Assembly: GCF_009914755.1 (NCBI RefSeq)
Contig: NC_060937.1
DNA from: the human T2T-CHM13v2.0 reference genome, Homo sapiens
Length of the DNA: 64,000 bases
Strand: one strand, 5' to 3'
Of the stretch, positions 43,101 through 55,200 are shown piece after piece (the first letter of the stretch is position 1; each line of letters starts with the position of its first letter). A model generated the notes under the pieces. It worked only from the letters and a program-made list of their open reading frames with translations. It had not been told where the DNA came from and made no database searches. Made by a program: the position numbers and the translations under genes.

Positions 43101-46100
43101 GTGGAGAGGAATGGAATGGAGTGGAATGCAGTGGAGTGGAGTGGAATGGAGGGCAGTGGAATGGAATGGATAGGAGTGGAGTGGAGAGGACTGGACTTGT
43201 GTGGAATGGAATGGAATGGAATGGAGTGGGATTGAGAGGAGTGGAGTGGAGTAGAATGGATTGCACTGGAATGGAATGGAATGGAATTCAGTTGAATGGA
43301 ATAGATTGGAATGGAACGGAGTTCAATGGAATGGAGAGTAATGAAGTGGAGTGGAGAGGAGTGGAATGGAATGGAGTGGAATGGAGTGGAGTGGAATGGA
43401 ATAAAGTGGAATGGAGTGGATTGGAACGGAATGGAATGGAATGGATTCAAGTGGTGTGGGTGGAATGGAATGAAATGGAATGGAGTGGACAGAAGTGGAG
43501 TGGAATGCATTGGAATGGAGTGGCTTCGAATGGTGTCGGTGGAATGGAAGGAAATGAAATGGAGTGAAGTGGAATGGAGTGGAATGCAATTGTTTGGAGT
43601 GGTGTGGAGATAAGTAGAGTGGAGTGAAATGTTGTGGAGTGGAGTGGAATGGAGTAAAATGGAATGGAATGAAGTGGAGTGGAATGGAATGGAGTGGAAT
43701 GTAACGGAGTGGATTGGAGAGGAATGGATTGGAGTGGAATCGACTGGAGTGGAATGGAAAGGATTGGAGTGGACAGGAATGGAATGAAGTGGATTGGAGT
43801 GGAGTGGAACAGAATGGAACGGAGTGCAGTGGAGTAGAATGGAATGGAGTGGAACGGAATGGAGTGGAAGAGAATGGAGTGGGGCAGAGTGGAGTGGACT
43901 CGAATGGAATGGAATGGAGTGGAATGGATTGGAACGAAATGGGAAGGAATGGATTGGAGTGGAATAGAATGGAGTGGGATGGAATGAAGTGGAATGGAAT
44001 GGAGAGGAGTGGAGTGGAATAGAATGGAGTGAAATACAGTAGAGTGGAATGGAATGGAATGTAGTGGAGAGGAATGGAATTGAATGGAATGGAATTCAGA
44101 GGAATGAAGTGGAGTGGAGTGGAATGGAATGGAATGGAGTAGAATGGAATGGAATGAAATGGAATGGATTGGAGTGCAGGGGAGCAGAATGCAATGGAAA
44201 GGAGTGAAATGGAATGGAATGGAATCTAATGGAAAGGAATGGAATGGAAAGGACTGGAGTTGAAAGGAATTGAGAGGAATGAAATGGACTAGAATGTCAT
44301 GGAATGGAATGGAATGTAGTGGATTTCAATGGAATGTAATAGAATAGAGTGGAATGTAGTTGTGTGGAGTGCAGTGGAATGGAAAGTTGTGGATTGGGGT
44401 GGAGGGGAATGGTGTGGAAAGAATGGAGTGCAGTGGAGTGGAATGGAGGGTAGTGGAGTGGAATGGAAAGGAATAGAATCGAAACGAATTGAATGGAATG
44501 GAATGCAGAAGACAGGAGTGGAGTGGAATTGATTGGAGTGGAATGTAGCGGAGTGGAGTGGATTGGAATGGAATGCAAAGGAATGGAATGGAAACGAGTA
44601 CAATGGAATGGAAAGGAACGGAATGAAGTGGGGTGGAGTGGAATGGAATGGAGTGGAATGCAGTTGAGTAAAGTGGATTGGAATGGAATGTAGTGGAATG
44701 GAATGGAATGGAGTAGCATAGAATGAAATGGAATGGAGTGGGGTGGAGTGGAGTGGAATTGACTGGAGTGGTATAGAATGCAATGGAATGGAGAGGAGGG
44801 CAGTGGAGTGGAGTGGGGTCAAGTGGAATAGAATGGAATGGAGACGAATTGAATGGATTGACTTGAATGGAGTGGAATAAAGTCCAGTGGAATGGAAAGG
44901 AGAGGAATGGGAAGGAGTGGAATGGATTGGAGAGGAGTGGAGTACATTGGAATGGAGTGGAATGGAGTGAAGTGCAATGGAATGGAATGGAATGAGTGGA
45001 GTGGAATGGAATGGAGTGGAACGGAGTGGAGGGGAATGGAATGGAGTGGAAAGGAATGGAGTGGAATGGATTGGAGTGGAGTGGAGTCGAATGGAATGGA
45101 GTGAAATGGAGTGGAGCGTAATTGAATGGAAAGGTGTGGAGTTGAGTGGAATGGAAAGGACTGGAATGCAATGGAGTGGAATGGATTGAAGTGGAATGGA
45201 ATGGAGTGGAGTGGAGAGGAATGGAATGGAGTGGAATGCAGTGGAGTGGAGTGGAATGGAGTGGAGTGGAATGGAATGGAGTGATATGGAATGGAGTGGA
45301 ATGGAATGGCATCGAATGGAATGAAATAGAAGGGAATGGAATGGAATGGAACGGAATGGAGTGGAGCGGAATGGAATGGAATGGAATGCAATGGAATGGA
45401 GTGGAGTGGAATGGAATGGAATGCAAAGGAATGGACTGGAACGGAGTGGAGTGGAGCGGAATGTAATGGAGACGATTGGGGTAGAAAGGAACGGAATGGA
45501 ATGGAGTGGAGTGGAATGGAGTTGAGTGGATTGCAATGGAAAGGAATGGAATGGAGTGATATAGAATGGTGAGGAAGGGAGTGGATTGGAAAGGAATGGA
45601 GAGCAACGAATTGGAGTGGAGTGGATTGGAATGGAATGTAGAGGAACTGAACGGAAAGGAGTGGATTGAAATGGAATGGAATGGAACAGAATGGAAAGGA
45701 ACATAAAGAAATGGAATGGAATGCAATGGAGTGGGGTGGAGGTTAATGGAATAGAGTGGAGAGGAATAGAATGGAATGGAAAAGAATGTCACAGAGTAGA
45801 GTGGAGTGAGGACGACTGGATGGTAATTGAAAGGAATGGAATGGAACGGAGTTGAATGGAATGGAGAGGAATGCAATGGAATGGAGTGGAATGGAATGGA
45901 GTGGAGTGGAGTGGAGTTGAATAGAATGTACTGGAATGGCATGGAATGGAATGGAATGGAATGGAGTGGAGTGGAATGGAGTGGAGGGGAGACAAACGGA
46001 ATGGAATGGAATGGAGGGGAGGGGAGTGAAGTGGAATGTAAACCAGTGGGATGTAGTGGAGTGAAGTGGATTGGAATGGAATATAGTGGAATTGAATGGA

Positions 46101-49100
46101 ATGGAGTGGAATGCAATTTACCGAAATGGAAAGGAACGGAATGGAGTAAAGTTGAGTGGAATGGAATTGAGTGGAGTGGTATGGAATGGAATGGAATGGA
46201 ATGGAATGGAATGGAATGGAGTGTAGTGGAGTGAAGTGGGTTCGACTGGAATGGAATTGAACGGAATGGAATGGAATTTAATGGAATGGAATGGAATGGA
46301 ATGGAAATGAATACAATGCGATGGGGGGGAGTGGAATGGAATGGAAAGGAAAGGATTGGAATGGAATGAAGTGCAATGTAATGGCATGAAATAGAATGGA
46401 ATGGAATGGAGTGGAATGGAGTGGAGTAGAATGGAATGGAGCGGAATGGATTGAAGTGGAGTGGAATGCAATGGAGTGGAATGGAGTGGAGAGAAACGGA
46501 ACGGAATGGATTCCTGTGGAAAGAATGAATTGGAATGCATTGGAGTGGATTGGAGAGGAATGGAGTGGAGGGCAATGGAAACGAGAGGAATGGAACAGAG
46601 TGGAATGGAGTTGAGTGGAGTGGGATAGATTGGAGTGTAATGGAGTTTAGTGGAGAGGAATGGAATAGAGTGGAATGGAGTTGGATAGATTGGAATGGAA
46701 TGGAATGCAATCGAATGGATTGGAATGGAATGGAATGGAATGGAAATGAGTGGAGTGGAGTAAAATGGAATGCAGTTCAATGGAGGGGAGAGAAATGGAA
46801 AGGAATGGAATGGAATGAGGCGGTGTGAAATGAAATGCAGTGGAATTGAATAGAGTGGAATGGAATGGATTGGAGGGGATTGGAATGGAATGGAGTTGAA
46901 TGGAATATAGTGTAATGGAATGCAGTGGAATAGAGTGGAATGTAATATAACGGTGTGTAGTGGAATGGAATGCAATGGAATGAAATGGAATGAAATAAAA
47001 AGGAATGGAACTAAGTGTAGTGGAGTGGAATGTAATTGAGTGGAGTGGAATGGAATAAATTGGAATGGAATGCATTGGAGTGGAGTGGAGGTGAGTGGAA
47101 GGGAATGGATCGGAATGGAACGGACGGGAATGGATTGGAATGGAATGGAGGGGAATGGAATGGCATGGAATGGATTTGAATGTAATGGAGGGGAAAGAAA
47201 TTGAGTGGAATTGAGTGGTGTGGAGTGAAGTGGAGTGTAGAGGAGTCGAGTGGATGGGACTGGAATGGAATGGAGTGGAAAGGTGTGGAGTGGAAAGGAA
47301 TGGAATGGAATGGAGTCGTGTGGAATTGAGTGGAAAGGAATGGCATGGAATGCAATGGAGAGGAGTGGTGCAGTGTTGAATGGAATGGAGGGGACAGGAA
47401 TGGAATGAAATGGAATTGAATTCAATGGAATGGAATGGAATGGAGAGGCTGGGAGTTTAGTGGAATGGAATGGAGTTGAATGGAATGGAATGGAATTGAG
47501 TGGAGTGGAATGGAATGGAATAGATTGGAATTTAATGGATTGGACGGGAGTGGAATGGATTTGAGTGGAGTGAAGTGGAATTGACTGGAATGGAATGGAG
47601 CGGAAAGCAGTGGAGTGGAGTGGAATGGAGTGGAGTGAAGTTGAATGAAAGAATGGAATGGAATGGAGTGGAGTGGAATGGAATGGAACGGAATGGTGTG
47701 GAGTGTAATGGAATAGAATGGAATGCAGTGGAATTGAAAGGAATGGAATGGAATGGAATGGAATGGAATGGAATGGAATGGAATGGAATGGAATGCAGTG
47801 AAATGAAGTGGAGTGGAGTGGAATGGAATGGAGAGCAGTGAAGTGGAATTTAATAGAAAGCAATGGAATGGAATGGAATGGAATGGAATGGAAGGGAGTG
47901 GAATGGAGTGGAATGGAATGGAATGGTGTGAAATGAAAAGGAATGGAATGGAATAGAATGGATTGGGAAAGAATGGAATGGAGTGCACTGGCATGGAATG
48001 GAGTGGAATGGAGTGGAGTGGAGAGGAGTGGAACGGAGTGGAATAGACTGGAATGGAGTGGAATGGAATGGAATGAGTGGAACGGAATGGAATGCAATGG
48101 AATGGAATGGAATGGAATGTAGTGGAGCAGAGGGGAATGGAACGGAATGTAGAGGATGGGAATGGAATGGAATGTAATGCAATGGATTGGAATGGAGTTG
48201 AATGGAATTGAATGAAATGGAATGGAGTGGAGAGGTATGGACTGGAGGGGAGTAGATTGAAGTGGAGAGGAATGGAGTGGAATTGTGTGGAATGGAGTGG
48301 AATATAATGGAATCGATTGGAGTGGTATGGAAAGGGGTGGAGTGGAATGGAATGGAGTGGAGTGGAATGTAATGGACTGGAATAAAATGGAGAGAAATGG
48401 AGTGGAGCAGAATGGAATAGAATGGAGTGAAATGGCATGGAGTGGAATAGAGTGGAGTTGAATGGAATTGAATGGAATTGAGTGGAGTTGAGAGGAGTGG
48501 AGTGGAGTGGAATGGACTGCACTGGAATGAAATGGCATGGAATTCAGTTGAATGGAATAGAATGGAATGGAATGGAGAGGAATGGAAGGGAGAGTAATGA
48601 AGTGGATTGGAGAGGAGTGGAATGGAATGGAGTGGAATGGATTGGAGTGCAATGTAGTGGAATAGAATAGGGTGGAAAAGAGTGGATTGGAATGGAATGG
48701 TGTGGATTCGAGTGGTATGGGTGGAATGGAATGAAATGGAATGTAGTGGAGTGGATTGGAGTGGAGTGGAATGGAATGGAATGGAGTGGATTCTAATGGA
48801 GTGGGTGGAATGGAATGAAATGAAATGGTGTGGAGTGGAGTGGAATGCAATTGTTTGGAGTGGTGTGGAGAGGAGTAGAGTGGAGTGAACTTTTGTGGAG
48901 TGGAGTGGAATGGAGTAAAATGGAATGGAGGGGAGTGGAATGGAATGGAGTGGAATAGAACGGAGTGTAATGGAGAGGAGAGGAATGGAATGGAGTGGAA
49001 AGGAGTGGAATGGAATGAAATGGACAGTAATAGAATGAAATGGAAAGCTATGTGATGAAATGGAATGGAGTGTATTTGAATGGAAGGGAATGAATTGGAA

Positions 49101-49450
49101 TGGAGTGGCGGAGAGTGGAGTAGTGTAGAGGGGAGTCGAAAGGAATGGAATGGAATGGAATGGAATGGAATGGAATGGAGTGTAATGGATTGAAGTGGAA
49201 TGGAATTTAATGGAAAGGAGTGGAGGAGAATGGAATGGAATGGAATGGAATGGAATGGAATGGAAAGGAATGGTGGGGAGTGGAATGGAATTGAAGGGAA
49301 TAAAATGTAATGGAGCGGAGTGGAATTGAGTGAAGTGGAATGGAATGGAGTGTAAATGAGTGGAATAGAATGGAATGGAATGGAGTGGAGTGGAGAGAAA
49401 GGAGTAGAGTGCAGTGGAATTGAGTGGAGTAGAATGGAGTCGAATGGAGT
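37200..49450 (+). repeat. Degenerate higher-order repeat, about 4.4-5.7 kb unit, 2 full copies plus a partial third
   Basis: Collinear landmarks: ggatttcaatggaatgtaatagaat 39943/44321; ggaaacgagtacaatgg 40212/44590; cgactggatggtaattgaaagg 40972/45813; attcctgtggaaag 41701/46510; agagcagtgaagtggaatttaatagaa 42591/47832; tgtttggagtggtgtggaga 43591/48852; gagaggtatgga about 37319/42974/48230. Confidence 0.85.
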
Positions 49451-50204
49451 GGAATGGAGTGAAATTGAATGGAATCGATTGTAGTGGAATGGAGTGGAGT
49501 AGAATGGAAGGGAGGGGAGTGGAATGAAGTGGACTGGAATGGAACGGAATGTAAAGAAATGGACTGGAATAGAACGAAATGTAAAGAAATGAAGTGAAGT
49601 GGAATGGATAGGAGGGGAGTGGAGTGGAATGGTATGCAGTGGAAAGCAGTTGAGGGGAGTGGATTGGGAAGGAATATAGTGGAAGGGAATGGAATGGAGT
49701 GGAATGGAATGGAATGGAGTGGAAAGGAATGGAATGGAAGGGACTGGAATGGAATGAAATCGAATGGAATGGAATGGAGAGGTTTGGAGTGGAACGGAAT
49801 TGAGTGGAGTGGAATAGAATGGAATGGAATGGAATGGAATGGAATGGAATCGAGCAGAGTGGAGTGGGGTCGACTGGAATGGAATGGAACGGAGTGGAGT
49901 GGAATGGAATTGAATTTAATGGAAAGGAATGGAATGGAATGGAATGGAATGGCATGGAATTTAATGCAGTGGAATGGAATGGAATGCAGTGGAGTGGATT
50001 GGAATGGAATGGAGTGGAATGGAATGGAGTGCATTGGAATGGAATGGAATTGACTGGAATTGAGTGGAGGGGAATGGAGTGCAATGGAGTGAGGTGGAAA
50101 GGAATAGAATTCAATGCAATGGAATGGAATGGTATGGAACGGAATGGAAAGGAACAGGATGGAATGGAAGGGAGTGGTGTGGAGTGGAATGGAATTGAGT
50201 GGAG

Positions 50205-52250
50205 TGGAATGGAATGGAATGGAATGGAATGGAATGGAATGGAACGGAATTCCATGGAATGGAATGGAGTGGAATTCCATGGAATGGAATGGAATGGAAT
50301 GGAACGGAATTCCATGGAATGGAATGGAATGGAATGGAACGGAATTCCATGGAATGGAATGGAATGGAACGGAATTCCATGGAATAGAATGGAATGGAAT
50401 GGAATGGAATGGAACGGAATTCCATGGAATGGAATGGAACGGAATTCCATGGAATGGAATGGAACGGAACGGAATTCCATAGAATGGAATGGAACGGAAC
50501 GGAATTCCATTAAATGGAATGAAATGGAACGGAACGGAATTCCATTAAATGGAATGGAATGGAACGGAACGGAATTCCATTAAATGGAATGGAATGGAAC
50601 GGAACGGAATTCCATTAAATGGAATGGAATGGAACGGAACGGAATTCCATTAAATGGAATGGAATGGAACGGAACGGAATTCCATTAAATGGAATGGAAT
50701 GGAACGGAACGGAATTCCATTAAATGGAATGGAATGGAACGGAACGGAATTCCATTAAATGGAATGGAATGGAATGGAATGGAATGGAATTCCATTAAAT
50801 GGAATGGAATGGAATTCCATTAAATGGAATGGAATGGAATGGAATGGAATGGAATGGAATTCCATTAAATGGAATGGAATGGAATGGAATGGAATGGAAT
50901 TCCATTAAATGGAATGGAATGGAATGGAATGGAATTCCATTAAATGGAATGGAATGGAATGGAATGGAATGGAATTCCATTAAATGGAATGGAATGGAAT
51001 GGAATGGAATGGAATGGAATGGAATGGAATGGAATTCCATTAAATGGAATGGAATGGAATGGAATGGAATGGAATGGAATGGAATGGAATTCCATTAAAT
51101 GGAATGGAATGGAATGGAATGGAATGGAATTCCATTAAATGGAATGGAATGGAATGGAATGGAATGGAATGGAATGGAATTCCATTAAATGAATGGAATG
51201 GAATTCCATTAAATGGAATGGAATGGAATGGAATGGAATTCCATTAAATGGAATGGAATGGAATGGAATTCCATTAAATGGAATGGAATGGAATGGAATG
51301 GAATTCCATTAAATGGAATGGAATGGAATGGAATTCCATTGAATGGAATGGAATTCCATTAAATGGAATGGAATGGAATGGAATGGAATGGAATGGAATG
51401 GAATTCCATTAAATGGAATGGAATGGAATGGAATGGAATGGAATGGAATGGAATGGAATGGAATTCCATGGAAAGGAATGGAATGGAATTCCATGGAAAG
51501 AAATGGAATGGAATGGAATTCCATGGAAAGGAATGGAATGGAATTCCATGGAAAGGAATGGAATGGAATTCCATGGAAAGGAATGGAATGGAATGGAATT
51601 CCATGGAAAGGAATGGAATGGAATGGAATTCCATGGAAAGGAATGGAATGGAATGGAATTCCATGGAAAGGAATGGAATGGAATGGAATTCCATGGAAAG
51701 GAATGGAATGGAATGGAATGGAATTCCATGGAATGGAATGGAATGGAATGGAATGGAATTCCATGGAATGGAATGGAATTCCATGGAATGGAATTCCATG
51801 GAATGGAATGGAATTCCATGGAATGGAATGGAATTCCATGGAATGGAATAGAATGGAATGGAATTCCATGGAATGGAATGGAATTCCATGGAAAGGAATT
51901 CCATGGAATGGAATTCCATGGAAAGGAATGGAATGGAATGGAATGGAATTCCATGGAAAGGAATGGAATGGAATGGAATGGAATTCCATGGAAAGGAATG
52001 GAATGGAATGGAATGGAATTCCATGGAAAGGAATGGAATGGAATTCCATGGAAAGGAATGGAATGGAATTCCATGGAATGGGATTCCATGGAAAGGAATG
52101 GAATGGAATTCCATGGAATGGAATCGAATGGAATGGAATGGAATGGAATACCAAGGAATGGAATGGAATGGAATGGAATTCCAAGGAAAGGAATGGAATG
52201 GAATGGAATGGAATGGAATTCCAAGGAAAGGAATGGAATGGAATGGAATA
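50205..52250 (+). repeat. Young homogeneous minisatellite-like array of (GGAAT)n-TCCAT units (EcoRI site GAATTC in nearly every unit)
   Basis: About 60 TCCAT units from 50251 to about 52110, then ACCAA/TCCAA variants up to about 52225. No GGAGT between about 50271 and 52279, and almost no random substitutions. Confidence 0.95.
50506..50760 (+). repeat. 35-bp tandem repeat TCCAT-TAAAT-GGAAT-GGAAT-GGAAC-GGAAC-GGAAT, about 7 copies
   Basis: TCCAT occurs at 50506, 50541, 50576, 50611, 50646, 50681, 50716 and 50751; one GAAAT variant in the first copy. Confidence 0.93.
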
Positions 52251-55200
52251 AAATGCAATGCAGTTGAAAGGAATGGAATGGAGTACACTGCAATGGAATG
52301 CAATGCAATGGAATTGAATGAAACGGAATGGAATGACATGGAAAGGAGTGGATTGGAATGGAATGCAGTGGAGTGGATTGGAATGAAATGGAGTGAAATG
52401 GAATCGATTGGAGTAGAATGGAATGGAATGGAATGGAGTGGAATGGAGTGGAATGCAATGGAATGGAATGGAGTGAAGTGGAATGGAAAGGAATTAAATG
52501 GAATGGAATGGAATGGAAAGTAATTGAACGAAATTGAATAGAAGTGAGTGGTGTGGAAAGGAATGGATTCGAGTGGAGAGTAATGGAATGGAATAGAATG
52601 GAATGGAATAGAGTGGACTGGAATGGAATGGAGTGGAGTGGAGTGATAAGGAATGGAGTACAATGGAATGAGTTGGAGTGAAGTGGAATGGAATGGAGTG
52701 GAATGGAGTGGAGTGGAATGGAATGAAGTGGAATGGAATGGAGTGGAATGGAGTGGAATTGTATGGAGTGGAGTGGAGTGGAGCGGAATGGAATGGAATG
52801 GATTGGAATAGAATAAAATGAAATTCAAAGGAATGGATTGGAGTGGAATGGAATGGAGTGGGATGGAATGCAGTGGAAGGCAGTGGAGTGGAGTGGAGTG
52901 GAATAGAATGGAGTGGAATACAGTGAAGTGGAAAGGAATGGAGTGGCATGGAATGGAATGGAGTGGAATGGAGTGGAGTGGAGTGGAGTGCAGTGGAATG
53001 GAATGGTGTTTAGTGGAGTGGAGTGGAATGGAGTGGAATGCAACAGAGTGGAAAGGAGTGGAGAGGAATGGAATGGAAAGGTGGTGAGTGGAGTGGAATG
53101 GAATGGAGAGGAATGGAATAGAGTGGAATGGAATGGAGTGCAGTGGAGTGGAATGGAAAGGAGTGGAATGGAGTGGAGTGGAGTGGAATTGAGTGGTATG
53201 GAACTGCGTGGAATGCAATGGAATGGAATGGAATGGAATGGAATGGAATGGAATGGAATGGAATGGAATGATGTGGAATGGAATGGAATGGAATGGAGTT
53301 TGAAAAGAATGGAATGGAATGGAATGGAATGGAATGGAATGGAATGGAGCAGAGAGGAATGGAAAGGAATGGAATGCAATGGACTGGAATGGAGCGGAGT
53401 GGAGTGGAATGGAATAGAATGGAGTGGAGTGCCGTGGAATTGAACGGAATGGAGTGGAGTGGAATGGAGTGCAGTGGAATGGCGTCGAGTGGAGTGGAAT
53501 GGAATGGAATGGAATGGAATGGAATGGAATGAATTGGAGAGGAAGGGAGTGGAGTGGAATGGAATGGATTGGAATGCAGTGGAGTGGAATGGATAGGAAT
53601 GGAATGTAGATGAACGGAATGGAAAGGAGTGGAATGCAAAGATTGGAATGGAATGGAATGGAATGGGAAGAAATGGAATGGAATGGAATGGAAAGAAATG
53701 GAATGGAATGCAATGGAGTGTGGTCGAGAGGTTTGGAATTGAATGGAGTGGAATAGAATGGAATGGAATGGAATATAGTGGAGTGGAGTGGCTTCGAGTC
53801 ATTGGTAATTGAAAGTAATGGAATGGAATGGAATGAAATGAAATGCTGTGCAGAGGAAAGCAACGGAATGGAGTGTCGTGCAATGGAGTGGAATGAGGTG
53901 GAATGGAATGTATTGGAATCGCATGGAATAGAATCGAGTGGAATGGAATGGAGTGGAATGACGTGAAACGGAATGAAATGGAGTGGAGAGTAGGGGATTG
54001 GAGTGGAATGGAAATTAGTGGAAAGAAGTGTAGTGGAGTGGATTGGAATGGAATGTGCTGGAGTTGAATGGAATGGAATGGAATAGAATGGAAACGAATC
54101 AAATGGAACGAAAAGGAGAGAATGGAATGGAGTGAAGTGGAGTTGAATGGAATTGAGAGGAGTGGAATGGAATGGAATGAAATGGAGTGGAGTGGAATTA
54201 AGTGGTGTCAAGTGAAATGGAATATAACCGAATGGTATGGAATTTAATGGAATTGGATGGAATGGAATGGAATGGAAAGGAATAGAATGCTATGGACTGG
54301 AGTGAAGTGGAGTGGAATGGACCCGAAAGGAATGGAATGGAATGAAGTGGAATGGAGTGGAATTGATTGGTGCGGAGCAGAAAGCAAAGGAGTGAAATGG
54401 AGAGGAGTGGAACGGAAGGGAATAGATTCTTGAGGAATGGAATGAAATGGAATGGATTGGAGTAGAATGGAGTGTAATCGAGTGGAGTGCAATGGAAAGG
54501 ATTGGAATGGAATGGAGTGCAAAGGAGTTCAGTGGAGTGGCATAGATTGGAGTGGAATGGAGTTAATTGGAGTGGAATGGAATGGACTGTAATGGAGTTG
54601 AATGGAGTGGAATGGAATGGAATGGAATGGAATGGAGTGGAGTGGAGTGCAATCGAGTGTATTGGAATGGAATAGAAGGGAATGGAGGGGAATGGAGTGG
54701 AATAGAATGGAAATGAGGAGAGTGGAGTGAAATGAAATGGAGTGGAATAGAGTGGATTGGAAAGGAATGTAATGGAATAGTGTGTTGCGGAATGAAATGG
54801 AGTGGAATGGAATGCAGTGGAATGGAATGGAGTGAAGTGGATTGGAACGGAATGGAGTGGAATTGAATAGATTAGAAAGGAGAGGAACGGAGTGTAGTGG
54901 AGTGGAACTGAATGGAATGGAATGGAATGAAAAGGGAAGGAATGGAATGCAGTGGAGTGGAGTGGAATGGAATTAACGGGAGTGGAATAAAATGCAATGG
55001 AATGGAAAGCAATGGAGTGGAATGGAGTGGAGTGGAGTGGATGGGAATGGACCGGAATGGAACGGAAATGAATGGAGTGGAATGGAATGCAGAGGAAAGT
55101 AATGGAATGGAATGGAGTGGAATAGAATGGAGACGAATGTAATGGAATGGAATGGAATGGAATGGAATGGCGTGGAATGCAACGGAGTTGAATGGAGTGG

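Larger units (their letters stand above)
5131..50200 (+). repeat. Main diverged GGAAT/GGAGT satellite domain with nested duplications
   Basis: Mixed pentamers with recurring rare landmarks, e.g. actatagaatggtatgg, agtcttg, ggtaattgaaag, gattcctgtgg. Confidence 0.9.

Noticed and set aside
50246-52120. Canonical heat-shock elements (nGAAnnTTCn) created by the inversion
   Set aside because: The spacing is wrong: GAA-TTC has 0 intervening bases and TTC-CATG-GAA has 4, whereas HSF1 elements need 2. HSF1 association with SatIII is known but cannot be assigned to this locus from sequence.
50241-52230. CRISPR-like look: palindromic repeat with variable spacers
   Set aside because: The spacers are only differing numbers of GGAAT, not unique sequence. 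The repeat is 10-15 bp, there are no cas genes or leader, and the context is eukaryotic satellite.
50205-52250. Cloning linker or adapter concatemer (EcoRI/NcoI sites)
   Set aside because: The sites keep the satellite's 5-bp phase, grade through ordered variants and decay at the edge, unlike ligated linkers. An assembly artefact still needs excluding with raw reads.
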